Below, in pieces: positions 39,756 through 49,040 of a stretch of 64,000 nucleotides of DNA. The stretch is from a virus. A model generated the notes under the pieces. It ran no database searches and was not told the origin of the DNA. It worked only from the letters and a program-made list of their open reading frames with translations. Every line of letters starts with the position of its first letter. The first letter of the stretch is position 1. The translations under genes and the position numbers were made by a program. Where the stretch lies: positions 40,909-104,908 of IMG/VR virus record IMGVR_UViG_3300032093_000042. The stretch is one strand, 5' to 3'.

Positions 39756-40361
39756 ATGAAACAAGTATTAATAGACGTATTACCATTTGAGTTTAAAAAA
39801 TCGTCATTGAATGAATCTTATTCAGATGGAAAAATGGTAGTGACAGGCGTTCTTCAACGTGCTGATGCAAAAAATCAAAATGGTAGAGTATATCCATCCG
39901 AAATTTTAAAAAGAGAATCGGAGAAATACATGGACAATTTCGTAAAACAACGTCGTGCCATGGGTGAATTAGACCACCCCGAATCTTCCGTTGTAAATTT
40001 GAAAAACGTTAGTCATAATATTATTGACATGGGATGGGACGGTAAAGATTTGATGGGTACGGTTGAAATTTTACCAACTCCAAGTGGTAATATTTTGAAA
40101 GATCTTCTTAAGGCTGGTATTTTGTTGGGAATTAGTAGCCGGGGACTGGGATCTGTTAAAAAAGATATGAGAGAAAACGCAGATGTTGTACAAGACGATT
40201 TTGATTTAATAGCGTTTGATTTTGTTAGCAATCCAAGTACACAAGGAGCGTTTATGTATCCACAAGGAAAAATAAATGAAAGTGTCGATCAATCAAAAAC
40301 AATTATTAATCCTTATAGTAACGTTGAAAGAATTATCCACAACATTCTATCAGAACTATAA
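39756..40361 (+). CDS. gp21: Prohead core protease
   Basis: NQNGRVYP, GELDHP (catalytic His), TPSG, GISSRG (catalytic Ser), DFVSNPS. Confidence 0.95.
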   Translation: MKQVLIDVLPFEFKKSSLNESYSDGKMVVTGVLQRADAKNQNGRVYPSEILKRESEKYMDNFVKQRRAMGELDHPESSVVNLKNVSHNIIDMGWDGKDLMGTVEILPTPSGNILKDLLKAGILLGISSRGLGSVKKDMRENADVVQDDFDLIAFDFVSNPSTQGAFMYPQGKINESVDQSKTIINPYSNVERIIHNILSEL

Positions 40362-40369
40362 TATTTATA
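40362..40369 (+). promoter_or_regulatory. Putative late promoter box TATTTATA
   Basis: 4 nt upstream of ATG 40374. Confidence 0.6.
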
Positions 40370-40373
40370 AAGT

Positions 40374-40799
40374 ATGAAATTAAAACATTTACTAGAAAAT
40401 TCGACTGAACACGCATATACTCCACTTACCGTATATGAAAAGAAAAATATGGTTGAAACTATCAAGGCTTATAATCAATATCGCAAAGGATTAAAAGCTG
40501 AGGGAGTATATGCTACCGCTCAAAAAATAATGGAGGCCGTTAACTTGGCCGAACGTTATGCTTTAAAAGAATGTGGCGATTGGATGGAAGCTAAGATGGT
40601 GGAACGTGACATGAAAGAAATCAAACGTGATGCCGCTAAAATGTACGAAGAAGCACAAAAAATGAAATCCATTGAAAAACAACTAGAAATGTTGTATGAA
40701 GAAGTTGGTCGTCGTTTGGAAAGATATTTTGAAATTGCGGATATCACTCCGACAACCGACACTAAGTCTTTAACTGATTCATCGGAATTGAATCAATAA
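40374..40799 (+). CDS. Helical head-module protein with N-terminal tag MKLKHLLE
   Basis: Coiled-coil pattern; LYEEVG..L.RYFEI C-terminus; follows the protease gene. Confidence 0.65.
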   Translation: MKLKHLLENSTEHAYTPLTVYEKKNMVETIKAYNQYRKGLKAEGVYATAQKIMEAVNLAERYALKECGDWMEAKMVERDMKEIKRDAAKMYEEAQKMKSIEKQLEMLYEEVGRRLERYFEIADITPTTDTKSLTDSSELNQ

Positions 40800-41235
40800 A
40801 TTCAATCATTTTATTAAACGTTTCAAAAACGTATTTTCTATTTGTTTCTAATACATAGCCTTCGTCAGTTTTATAGACGAAGGCTTTTGTTTTTTCATTT
40901 TCCATTTTTATTGATGGAATTTCAATTTCACTAAACATTTTGTATTCATCATCAATACGAAAATTCATTTCTCCCAACATATCCAATTCTTTAAAATCCC
41001 ATCCATTTGGGTGGTCAATATCTTCTAGTTTATAAATTTTTACATCTTCTTCAAAATTATCATTATTAATAAAATTAATTAGTTTAGGACTTTTATAATT
41101 GTTATAATTATTATTCATTGAACGCACGTCGGGATTAGAATAAGGGTTTTCTTCTCCGGTTCTTTTAATATTTTTATAAGATTCCTTTTTATTATTTATA
41201 TGTTTATTAAAGTTTGGATTGAAATTGTATGGCAT
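40762..41235 (-). CDS. Hypothetical protein
   Basis: Likely start ATG 41235 (MPYNFNP), 1 nt after the stop of the upstream minus-strand gene. Confidence 0.6.
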   Translation of the reverse strand: MPYNFNPNFNKHINNKKESYKNIKRTGEENPYSNPDVRSMNNNYNNYKSPKLINFINNDNFEEDVKIYKLEDIDHPNGWDFKELDMLGEMNFRIDDEYKMFSEIEIPSIKMENEKTKAFVYKTDEGYVLETNRKYVFETFNKMIEFIDSIPMNQLKT

Positions 41236-41236
41236 A

Positions 41237-41830
41237 TTAAATGGATCCGAAAGTTGTGTTAATTCTATCAATAAAATCAGTAAGAGTTTTTGTTTTTTCA
41301 GAAATGTTACGATCATCAAAACTACTACTTAACAAGTCTAATATTTCTTTTTCCGTTTTGTCAGGAAAAGTTCTTTGAATAAAACAAGCATATTTGTATG
41401 TACCATCATTTTTATCAATTAATTTTTTAAATACAAATTTTTTGTTAGTACCATTACTGCTTACTTCAGTATAAATTTCGTTATTTTGTTTATCTATTTT
41501 AAAAGTTGTTTTTCCAAATCCAGAAAATCCAGTTTGTTTACCCTGAAACATTTCATATTCCTTTTCATCAAACGGTACACCAACTTGTTTTGATAAATGT
41601 TGTTTGAAACTTACTCCCTTTACTCTTTTTACTTTACTTAAACTATATTCATTTTCTTTTATTTGATTTAAAATTTCTTTTAATTTAGTAAAATGTTTAA
41701 CGCTACTGGGTTTAATGGTACGTGCCATTTTACGAACGTTAGAAGATACATCATTGTTATTAACATTACCTTTTTGTATGGCTCTCACCAATTTAAATAG
41801 ATTTGCTTGTTTTTGACTTTTTGCAGGCAT
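41237..41830 (-). CDS. Hypothetical protein with DUF3008-like MPAKS..Q N-terminus
   Basis: MPAKSQKQANLFKLVRA; TATTTATT box 5 nt upstream on the minus strand. Confidence 0.65.
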   Translation of the reverse strand: MPAKSQKQANLFKLVRAIQKGNVNNNDVSSNVRKMARTIKPSSVKHFTKLKEILNQIKENEYSLSKVKRVKGVSFKQHLSKQVGVPFDEKEYEMFQGKQTGFSGFGKTTFKIDKQNNEIYTEVSSNGTNKKFVFKKLIDKNDGTYKYACFIQRTFPDKTEKEILDLLSSSFDDRNISEKTKTLTDFIDRINTTFGSI

Positions 41831-41835
41831 ATATC

Positions 41836-41843
41836 AATAAATA
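41836..41843 (-). promoter_or_regulatory. Putative late promoter box TATTTATT (minus strand)
   Basis: Motif orientation follows the inverted gene; 5 nt before ATG 41830. Confidence 0.55.
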
Positions 41844-41877
41844 TAAACTTTTTTATTATATTTTGATTTTTATTATA

Positions 41878-41984
41878 TATTTATTAATCAAATACATCAT
41901 TCTTTGATGTGACTTAAATTTATCTTCTTTGGAGTTCTTAATAACTTCACAAACACATAACAATAAGAAAGGCAGTAATATAAT
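41878..41984 (+). promoter_or_regulatory. Late promoter box and structured ~100 nt leader of the scaffold/capsid operon
   Basis: TATTTATT at 41878-41885; hairpins ACATCA/TGATGT (41894-41910) and GGAGTT/AACTTC (41931-41948); GAAAGG before the start. Confidence 0.45.
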
Positions 41985-43094
41985 ATGAGCGATCTATTAA
42001 AAGAAAGTATCGCGGATGCTAAAGCTGTACGTGAAACGGCACTAGCAAACGCAAAAAGTTTTCTCGAAGAAAACTTTGCAGCAAGCGTAAAAGAAATGTT
42101 TGCTGAAAAACTAAAGGAAGAAATGGCTGAAGACGATTCCGCCGAAGAAACCGAAGGAGATAAAATTGAAGAAAAATTGGGATCTTCAGGTATCGGCAAA
42201 GATGATAGCAATCTTGCTTCTAAACAACATCCCACAAAACCTTCTACTGTAGCAAATAAAAACACAACTCCCGCCGGTAAACAAGAATTTGATGTAAAAT
42301 TGGAAGAATCTTCAACAGAAGATGGCGCCGAAGTTACAAGTGAAGAGTTGGATGAAATTCTAGCAGAATTAGAAAGCGAAGTTTCTGAAAATACAGAAGG
42401 TGCTTCAGACGTAGCAGAAGTTGACGATTCTTGTGAAATGGACGAAGAAATCAGTTTGGATGAACTTCTAGCTGAATTAGAAGGTGAAGAAGCCGCGCCA
42501 GCTCCTGCTCCAGCAGCTGCAGCTCCAACACCAGCTCCAGCAGATCCTACAGCAGTTCAAGTGCCGGCAGCTCCAGTAGCACCTGCCGCTCCTGAAGATC
42601 AAACTCAGATGCCAGGTCAAGTACCCTCTCCTGTAGCTGAAGGCGACGTTACAGCCGACGAAATGGCAGAAGCACTAATTGCAATTAACGAAGAAAACGA
42701 AACTCTTAAGAAACAGTTGGGTGAAGCACTGAATACCGTAAAATATATGAAGGGTGTTCTAGCCGAAACCAATTTATTGAATGCTAAGTTGCTTTATACC
42801 AATAAACTATTTAAAGGTAAAGGTTTAACCGAAGATCAAAAGCTTAAGATCATTAACACTTTCGACTTGACCAAGAATATTCGTGAAGTCAAGTTGGCAT
42901 ATACAGTTTTGGCCGAATCACTTAATTCCGGTGCATCAGTTGTCAAGAAAAAGACTAATACAACTGCTCAAACTATCACCGAAGGTTTGGCAAGCAAACC
43001 AGTATCATCAACAAAGCCTGATTCTACCATTGTAGAACCTCAAGCCGATGTGATGACTTCAAGATTCCAAAAACTCGCAGGAATCAAGAAGTAA
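41985..43094 (+). CDS. gp22: Prohead core scaffolding protein
   Basis: LLKESIADAKAVRETALANAK, acidic and Ala/Pro linker, NLLNAKLLY, RFQKLAGI; directly upstream of the MCP gene. Confidence 0.85.
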   Translation: MSDLLKESIADAKAVRETALANAKSFLEENFAASVKEMFAEKLKEEMAEDDSAEETEGDKIEEKLGSSGIGKDDSNLASKQHPTKPSTVANKNTTPAGKQEFDVKLEESSTEDGAEVTSEELDEILAELESEVSENTEGASDVAEVDDSCEMDEEISLDELLAELEGEEAAPAPAPAAAAPTPAPADPTAVQVPAAPVAPAAPEDQTQMPGQVPSPVAEGDVTADEMAEALIAINEENETLKKQLGEALNTVKYMKGVLAETNLLNAKLLYTNKLFKGKGLTEDQKLKIINTFDLTKNIREVKLAYTVLAESLNSGASVVKKKTNTTAQTITEGLASKPVSSTKPDSTIVEPQADVMTSRFQKLAGIKK

Positions 43095-43147
43095 AATTAG
43101 TTTGCGAGTAAAAACCTAACAGTAATTAATATAGAAAGAAACAAAAT

Positions 43148-44974
43148 ATGAGTATGGATGTAAAGAGTCTATTGACAAATAATATGAATCCACAAGCCAA
43201 ATTGATGGCTGAAACCCGTGGATTACAAAACAAATGGGAAAAGACAGGCCTACTAGAAGGTTGTGCTGGTGTTGAAAAGGCACACATGTCTATCCTCTTG
43301 GAAAACCAAGCAAAACAATTGCTTGACGAAGCAACCACCACTGGTACTTCTACCAGTTCTGAACAATGGGCTGGCGTAGCTCTTCCATTGGTTCGTCGTG
43401 TGTTCGCTGAGATCGCTGCGAAGGAATTCGTAAGCGTTCAACCAATGAACCTACCATCAGGTCTAATTTTCTATTTAGACTTCAAGTATGGTACAACCGC
43501 TCCTGGTACCGACTTACGTAATTTGAATAACGGTAGTGCTAAAACCACACGTGCCGGTAAACAATTGAACGATAGTTTGTTCGGTGGTACAGGTAAGAAA
43601 TTGGGTTCTACCGACGACGCTGTTCGTGGTTTATATGGTCAAGGCGCATATGCTTATTCAGTTCGTCCAGTAAGTAGCTCTGCTATTACACTAACAAAAG
43701 TAGCAGGTACTACATCCACTGGTAATACAATTCAAACAGCTTCTTGGAATGACGTGCAATTTGCTAGCGAATTGAGTTCGTCCGTAGTAGCTAAGAAATT
43801 GTTCAAGGTAATCTTGAATCATGACGACAATACTTCCGGTATTGCTGCTAATGGATATGTATATAATGCAGATTTAAACGCAGCTCGTTCATTCAATTTA
43901 ATCTCAGGATCAACTACACCAACTACCTTACAAAGTAGTGGTCTCGTATTGAATACATACACTAAGGCAATCAATACAGGCAGTTTGGGAGATCCATTCT
44001 ATCAAACCGTATATATCGTATCAGCATCTAACAGTGCATTTGGCGGTGCGTCAAGCAAGGTTAAATTGATCTATAGTCTACAACCTACCGACAACCTACG
44101 TGGTGATTTTGAAGCTGGCAAGACTGCCGGTGAAGGATCCGGTACGGCCGGTAACGTTGCTACACAAAGCATTGATACCGATATCAGTATCCCAGAAGTT
44201 AACTTGGTACTAAACAGCGAACCTATCGTTGCTAAAACTCGTAAACTAAAGGCAGTCTGGACCCCAGAATTGGCTCAAGACTTGAATGCTTACCACTCTA
44301 TCGATGCAGAAGCAGAACTTACTGCTCTATTGAGTGAATATGTAAGTATGGAAATTGATCTTGAAATCCTAGATATGTTGAACGAATCCGTTCAAGGTAT
44401 CACAACCGAAGCTTGGTCCGCCCAAATCGGCGTTGAGTTCAGCAAGTCAATCAACGCAACAACCGGTGAAGCAGTCTTCACACGTAATGCAAACAGTTCA
44501 CCAAACCGTACTGCTTACGTAAAGAGCACCTGGTTCCAAACTCTTGGTAACAAGATTCAAAAGGTGTCTAACACAATCCAAAAATTGACCCTCCGTGGTG
44601 GTGCTAACTTCTTGGTCGTAAGTCCAGACGTAGCAACAATCTTGGAATCAATCCCAGGATATGTTGTAAACACTGACGGCGATCAAGCTAAGTTCGCAAT
44701 GGGCGTAAGCCGTGTTGGTAGCTTCGCAAGTCGCTTCCAAGTTTACAAGAACCCATACATGACCGATAACGTAGTATTGGTTGGTTTCCGCGGAAACAAC
44801 TTCCTAGAAACCGGTGCTGTATATGCTCCTTATATCCCACTAATCCAAACTCCATTGGTCTATGATCCAGTGAACTTCACACCACGTAGAGGCGTAATGA
44901 CCCGCTACGCTAAGAAGGTAGTGCGCCCAGAGTTCTATGGAAAAGTATTAATCGGTGATCTCGATACCGTATAA
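43148..44974 (+). CDS. gp23: Major capsid protein
   Basis: LLENQ, LPLVRR, VQPM..PSGLIF, KTRKLKA.WTPELAQDL.AYH.IDAEAEL, YAPYIPL, F.P..GVMTRY. Confidence 0.97.
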   Translation: MSMDVKSLLTNNMNPQAKLMAETRGLQNKWEKTGLLEGCAGVEKAHMSILLENQAKQLLDEATTTGTSTSSEQWAGVALPLVRRVFAEIAAKEFVSVQPMNLPSGLIFYLDFKYGTTAPGTDLRNLNNGSAKTTRAGKQLNDSLFGGTGKKLGSTDDAVRGLYGQGAYAYSVRPVSSSAITLTKVAGTTSTGNTIQTASWNDVQFASELSSSVVAKKLFKVILNHDDNTSGIAANGYVYNADLNAARSFNLISGSTTPTTLQSSGLVLNTYTKAINTGSLGDPFYQTVYIVSASNSAFGGASSKVKLIYSLQPTDNLRGDFEAGKTAGEGSGTAGNVATQSIDTDISIPEVNLVLNSEPIVAKTRKLKAVWTPELAQDLNAYHSIDAEAELTALLSEYVSMEIDLEILDMLNESVQGITTEAWSAQIGVEFSKSINATTGEAVFTRNANSSPNRTAYVKSTWFQTLGNKIQKVSNTIQKLTLRGGANFLVVSPDVATILESIPGYVVNTDGDQAKFAMGVSRVGSFASRFQVYKNPYMTDNVVLVGFRGNNFLETGAVYAPYIPLIQTPLVYDPVNFTPRRGVMTRYAKKVVRPEFYGKVLIGDLDTV

Positions 44975-44998
44975 TACTTAGTAGAAATAAAATAACTC

Positions 44999-45027
44999 AA
45001 AAACCCCAACGAAAGTTGGGGTTTTTT
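44999..45027. terminator. Bidirectional rho-independent terminator between convergent MCP and mom-like genes
   Basis: AAAAACCCCAAC-GAAA-GTTGGGGTTTTTT. Confidence 0.9.
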
Positions 45028-45799
45028 ATTCAAAAAATTGGTTATTATTTTGTACAATTATTTCTTGAACTTCTTCTTTGAATGAAGCATTTTTGGGGTA
45101 ATCAAGAACTTTATGTTTTAGTGATTTGACAAGTTTCTTGTTCTCTATTTTGTTGCTAATAAATTTGATATAACGATACTTGCCACTTTCACGTTTACGC
45201 CAAAATGTTCTACCTATACGTTCTTTAAGTTTATCTACACTGTGTGTTTTCCACTTAGCATATACACTTCTACTGTGTATCCATTTATAATTTGGAGGTC
45301 CATCTAAACTAACACTATAGTTGGGCATTAGTGCTACATCAACATAATTGTCTCCTTGAAAAAGAAAGCCCGTAGCTTGGTATATTGTACCTTTATGTCC
45401 TACTTCACTATCAGCATAACTTAAAATACATTTTATGTGGGGGTGTTCTTTATTGAGTAATCTAAAACTTTCAGCTATACAATAACTTTCTATATTCTTG
45501 CCGTAACCGTCTGCAATCCACAGTCTTGTTAATTCTAACACATTATTGTTAACAAGTAGTGGTGATATACTGGTACTGGCGTTTCTACCCACGGCATTTC
45601 CATATACCAATACACCTATTAATCTTTCGTTAAATCCACCAAAGAATGTACTCTCAATATATTCTTTGTAATAAACTCCATAAGCTACTGTACATAGACT
45701 CCATTTGTGAGTATAATGATTCTTTTCAATAAGTGTTTTTGCAACATTCTTATTGATGCTTTTGAGGTAAATTAATGTGGGATCAAAATACTCGGACAT
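45026..45799 (-). CDS. mom: Mom-like (GNAT fold) DNA adenine modification protein
   Basis: I.KNHY, LIGV.VYG, LELTRLW, KNIES.CI, ILSYAD...GH.GTIYQATGF motifs of the Mu Mom family. Confidence 0.8.
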   Translation of the reverse strand: MSEYFDPTLIYLKSINKNVAKTLIEKNHYTHKWSLCTVAYGVYYKEYIESTFFGGFNERLIGVLVYGNAVGRNASTSISPLLVNNNVLELTRLWIADGYGKNIESYCIAESFRLLNKEHPHIKCILSYADSEVGHKGTIYQATGFLFQGDNYVDVALMPNYSVSLDGPPNYKWIHSRSVYAKWKTHSVDKLKERIGRTFWRKRESGKYRYIKFISNKIENKKLVKSLKHKVLDYPKNASFKEEVQEIIVQNNNQFFE

Positions 45800-45805
45800 A
45801 AAACA

Positions 45806-45833
45806 AGTATATCATATGTTTGTCAAAATACAA
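45806..45833 (-). promoter_or_regulatory. Sigma70-type promoter with extended -10 (TTGTAT-16-TATACT; TGATATACT)
   Basis: Same TGATATACT as upstream of primase; 6 nt before the mom ATG. Confidence 0.55.
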
Positions 45834-45852
45834 GTTTTTATATTATGTTTGA

Positions 45853-45860
45853 TATTTATA
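45853..45860 (+). promoter_or_regulatory. Putative late promoter box TATTTATA
   Basis: 4 nt upstream of ATG 45865. Confidence 0.6.
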
Positions 45861-45864
45861 TTAT

Positions 45865-46788
45865 ATGAAAATTTTTATTTTATCAGTTTTATCTCTTAGT
45901 GTATTAACCAGCTGTAAAACGCCGAATGTAGATAAAATACAAAAAACAAAAGACGCTTTGACCGAAACCAGAGTAGAAAAGGCTAAAAATAACGATGAAA
46001 AATTGCAAGTTGTTTCTACACTTGCGGCGGGTACAGATTATTCTTTGAAAGCTGTAACAAATCCGCCTGTACAAGTTAAAACTGCTTTAGACTATAATAG
46101 TAGAATATTAAGTATTGCGGGCAATCCAAATGTTGATGAACTAAACAAGATGAAACAAATTACGGATTTGTTGAACAGTGAAATTGAAAAAGAAAAAGAA
46201 AAGGGTGGTAAATTATTAAAAGAAAAAGATGTATTAATACAAGATTTACAAAATAAACAAAAAGAAATACACGATAGATACGAAGCTCAAATAAAAGGAC
46301 TTGAAATACAAGCTTCTCAGGTTGCTAAAAAAGCTGATGCTTTACAAATAACCGTTGATGAGGTGAACAGTTGGATGGGATTAGGTGGAGTAATGTATGG
46401 ATTAAAAAGATTTGTAACTATAGGTGTTACAGGAATATTAATATTTTTAGTGTGTTTTATGGTTTTAAGATTTTTGGCAGCGACGAATCCTATTGCAGGT
46501 GCAATATTTTCAATAGTCGAACATATAGTTGGCATGTTCATTAATATTTTAAAAGGACTTGCTCCGAAAGCTTTGCAATTTAGTAATCATATTGAATTGC
46601 CTATCTTTAATAAGTACAAAGATACTTTGGATACGGTTGTGGATACACTTGAAAATTTAAAAACCATTCAAAAAAGAGCTAATGTTCAAGTAACATTAAA
46701 CGATGTGTTTGTTGAATTAGATAAAAATTTAGATTCACAAGAAAAGATTTTAGTAGGAGAATTAAAATCAATTAATAAATATGGATAA
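45865..46788 (+). CDS. Lipoprotein with coiled coil and C-terminal transmembrane segment; unimolecular spanin candidate
   Basis: MKIFILSVLSLSVLTS/C lipobox; long heptad region; hydrophobic FVTIGVTGILIFLVCFMVL segment. Confidence 0.55.
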   Translation: MKIFILSVLSLSVLTSCKTPNVDKIQKTKDALTETRVEKAKNNDEKLQVVSTLAAGTDYSLKAVTNPPVQVKTALDYNSRILSIAGNPNVDELNKMKQITDLLNSEIEKEKEKGGKLLKEKDVLIQDLQNKQKEIHDRYEAQIKGLEIQASQVAKKADALQITVDEVNSWMGLGGVMYGLKRFVTIGVTGILIFLVCFMVLRFLAATNPIAGAIFSIVEHIVGMFINILKGLAPKALQFSNHIELPIFNKYKDTLDTVVDTLENLKTIQKRANVQVTLNDVFVELDKNLDSQEKILVGELKSINKYG

Positions 46789-46799
46789 TATTTATAACT

Positions 46800-47402
46800 A
46801 TGATCAAATTTAACGATTTAATGGATAATGAAGAGTTGTGTGGCATGACTCTTGCACAAGACGCAGTTGTTAGTGATAATTTAAAATATCATCTTGAAAA
46901 ACAAATACCATTAAGTGAAAATATTTTTAGAACTTATAGCGATAGTTATTTTGAGTTGTTGGAAGAAGTTCGTAGTTTATATCTCAACAACCAAATTGAA
47001 TTATGTGATCCAGACGCTGAATTGGTGGAAAGTGATCTTGGTAAAAAAGAACTCTTCGAAGGTAGAGAAGTTTATTTGGATGCACCTATTGAAGTAGATG
47101 AAGACATTTTGATGGAAGCTAAACATCGGGGTAGAAATGTCACTCTTAATAGACCAATTAGAACTCCAGGCGGACCAAAGAAGTATGCTGTGTATGTAAA
47201 ATCAAAAAGTGGCAAAATTAAAAAAGTAACATTTGGAGATCCTAATTTGAGAGTCAGAGGTCGTAGTAAAGCTCGCCGTAAGAGTTTTGCTGCTAGACAT
47301 AAATGTGCACAAAAGAAAGATAGAACGACTGCTGGATATTGGAGTTGTCGTAGTCATCGTATTCGTAGTTTAGGCAATAAAGGCAGAGGCAAGTACTGGT
47401 AA
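46800..47402 (+). CDS. Phage protein with basic C-terminal domain (DUF6321-like)
   Basis: KKYAVYVK..KKVTFGD..RRKSFAARHKC..KKDRTTAGYWSC; TATTTATA at 46789-46796. Confidence 0.65.
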   Translation: MIKFNDLMDNEELCGMTLAQDAVVSDNLKYHLEKQIPLSENIFRTYSDSYFELLEEVRSLYLNNQIELCDPDAELVESDLGKKELFEGREVYLDAPIEVDEDILMEAKHRGRNVTLNRPIRTPGGPKKYAVYVKSKSGKIKKVTFGDPNLRVRGRSKARRKSFAARHKCAQKKDRTTAGYWSCRSHRIRSLGNKGRGKYW

Positions 47403-47668
47403 TGAATCTGCCGTTCACAGAAAAGTTGTTGGGTAATAATCAGTATATAAGAGAATTTGATGCTGATGTAGATACTCATGAATTAGAATGGCATATAGAT
47501 CGTGAAGATAGAACAATAGAAGTTATAGAAAATGTGGATTGGCAAGTTCAATTAGATAATAATCTACCACAATTACTTAGAGAAACAATATTTATACCTA
47601 AAGAAACATATCACCGTGTAATAAAAGGTAACGGTAATTTAAAAGTAAAAATAACAAAACACATATGA
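47402..47668 (+). CDS. Small cupin-fold protein
   Basis: WH.D.EDR..EV and IFIPKETYHRVIKG cupin-like metal-ligand motifs. Confidence 0.6.
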   Translation: MNLPFTEKLLGNNQYIREFDADVDTHELEWHIDREDRTIEVIENVDWQVQLDNNLPQLLRETIFIPKETYHRVIKGNGNLKVKITKHI

Positions 47669-48975
47669 AACTTATAGATTTATTAAACGAAGTAAAAATG
47701 TATAAAAGTTTGGGTTTGACTGCTGACGGTATTATCCCACTAGATACGTTTGTATGTGAATGTAAAAATTGCGTAAATCAATCTCTATATGAAGCTATAA
47801 ATGATGCCGATAACAATTTGAATATATATTTGACCGAAGCGAACAAAAAGGAGCCTATTAGTTATGAGCTGGCCGAATTAATGAAGAATATTATCCGTGA
47901 CACTCGAGGAAGACTAAAACTATTGAGTGTATTAAGCGATCCAAAAACACTGAAGTCTTTCTTGGATGACAAAGGATATTTGACTGCAATTTTATATTTG
48001 GCTCCATCTGATTCATCGGGTCATGAAGTGTGTCCAAAGAAAAGTCCAGAATGTAACGCTGGTTGTTTGAATTTTGCTGGTAACCCTGCATATCTAAAAG
48101 CAAAATTAGCAGCAAGAACTAGAAAAACTCGTTGGTTGTTTGGTGATAAATTGACATCTGATGAGATGAAAAATATTCCTACAGATCCAAAAATTATAGA
48201 TAGATTTTATGGCAAAGGTAGACCCGGACCAGAAGGCAAGCGTGGTAGAATATTGAACCCAATGCGCCCTGAAGACTTCATCGAAAGATTGCAAATTGAA
48301 ATGGAGTTTTTGAAAAAAGTGGCTGATAAATACAATTTAAAGTTGGCAGTTAGATTAAACGGCACGAGCGATATTGATTTTCATAAAAAATTGGAAAGTT
48401 GGAAATTTGCAAATCCAGATGTTAAATTTTATGACTATACAGCTGTGTTTAAATGGGCAATGCAAAGTCTCGAAGATCCTTCAAACCCACATATGACTTT
48501 TTCAAGAAAAGAAACTTTACAAAATAATATAGAATGTGAAAAATATTTGAAGTCAGGCGGTAATATTTCTGCAATATTTGATGAATTACCAGAATATTAT
48601 CGTGGTTATAAAGTAATTGATGCAGATAGAACCGATTTAAGATTTTTAGACGATGTTGATCGTCCGATTGATCCCGATACAGGTAAACCCGTGGGTGTAA
48701 TCGCCGGATTAAAGATGAAGGGATTTAGGTTAAAGGACGCATTTGCATTGGGTATAATACAAAATAAGGGACCGGAAGATACATTTGTAATAAGAACCAA
48801 GGAATTGAGGGAAAGATTTGGAGATAAGTATTTTACACAAAAAATCTATTGGGGTGATCGTGCGCCAACAGAGCCAAACAATATTACTGCTAAACAGATC
48901 TATAAAGATAAAATCAAGAATTATTTAAATAAAATTTTAAGTAAATTGAAAGGTGCCGCCGATAAAACGAATTAA
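47665..48975 (+). CDS. GP88-family (radical-SAM-like) protein with N-terminal extension
   Basis: ILYLAP, CP..S.EC..GCL, VRLNGTSD, FYDYT, D..DLRFLD, GL.MKG; N-terminal MKLIDLLNE tag. Confidence 0.7.
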   Translation: MKLIDLLNEVKMYKSLGLTADGIIPLDTFVCECKNCVNQSLYEAINDADNNLNIYLTEANKKEPISYELAELMKNIIRDTRGRLKLLSVLSDPKTLKSFLDDKGYLTAILYLAPSDSSGHEVCPKKSPECNAGCLNFAGNPAYLKAKLAARTRKTRWLFGDKLTSDEMKNIPTDPKIIDRFYGKGRPGPEGKRGRILNPMRPEDFIERLQIEMEFLKKVADKYNLKLAVRLNGTSDIDFHKKLESWKFANPDVKFYDYTAVFKWAMQSLEDPSNPHMTFSRKETLQNNIECEKYLKSGGNISAIFDELPEYYRGYKVIDADRTDLRFLDDVDRPIDPDTGKPVGVIAGLKMKGFRLKDAFALGIIQNKGPEDTFVIRTKELRERFGDKYFTQKIYWGDRAPTEPNNITAKQIYKDKIKNYLNKILSKLKGAADKTN

Positions 48976-49028
48976 AAATATGATATGTAAATTAACAAAT
49001 TATAAACTGTATATTTTTGTTGTTTAGA

Positions 49029-49036
49029 TATTTATA
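49029..49036 (+). promoter_or_regulatory. Putative late promoter box TATTTATA
   Basis: 4 nt upstream of ATG 49041. Confidence 0.6.
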
Positions 49037-49040
49037 ATTA

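Noticed and set aside
45821-45826. Perfect TTGACA on the minus strand upstream of mom
   Set aside because: Only 9 nt from the TATACT box, incompatible with sigma70 spacing
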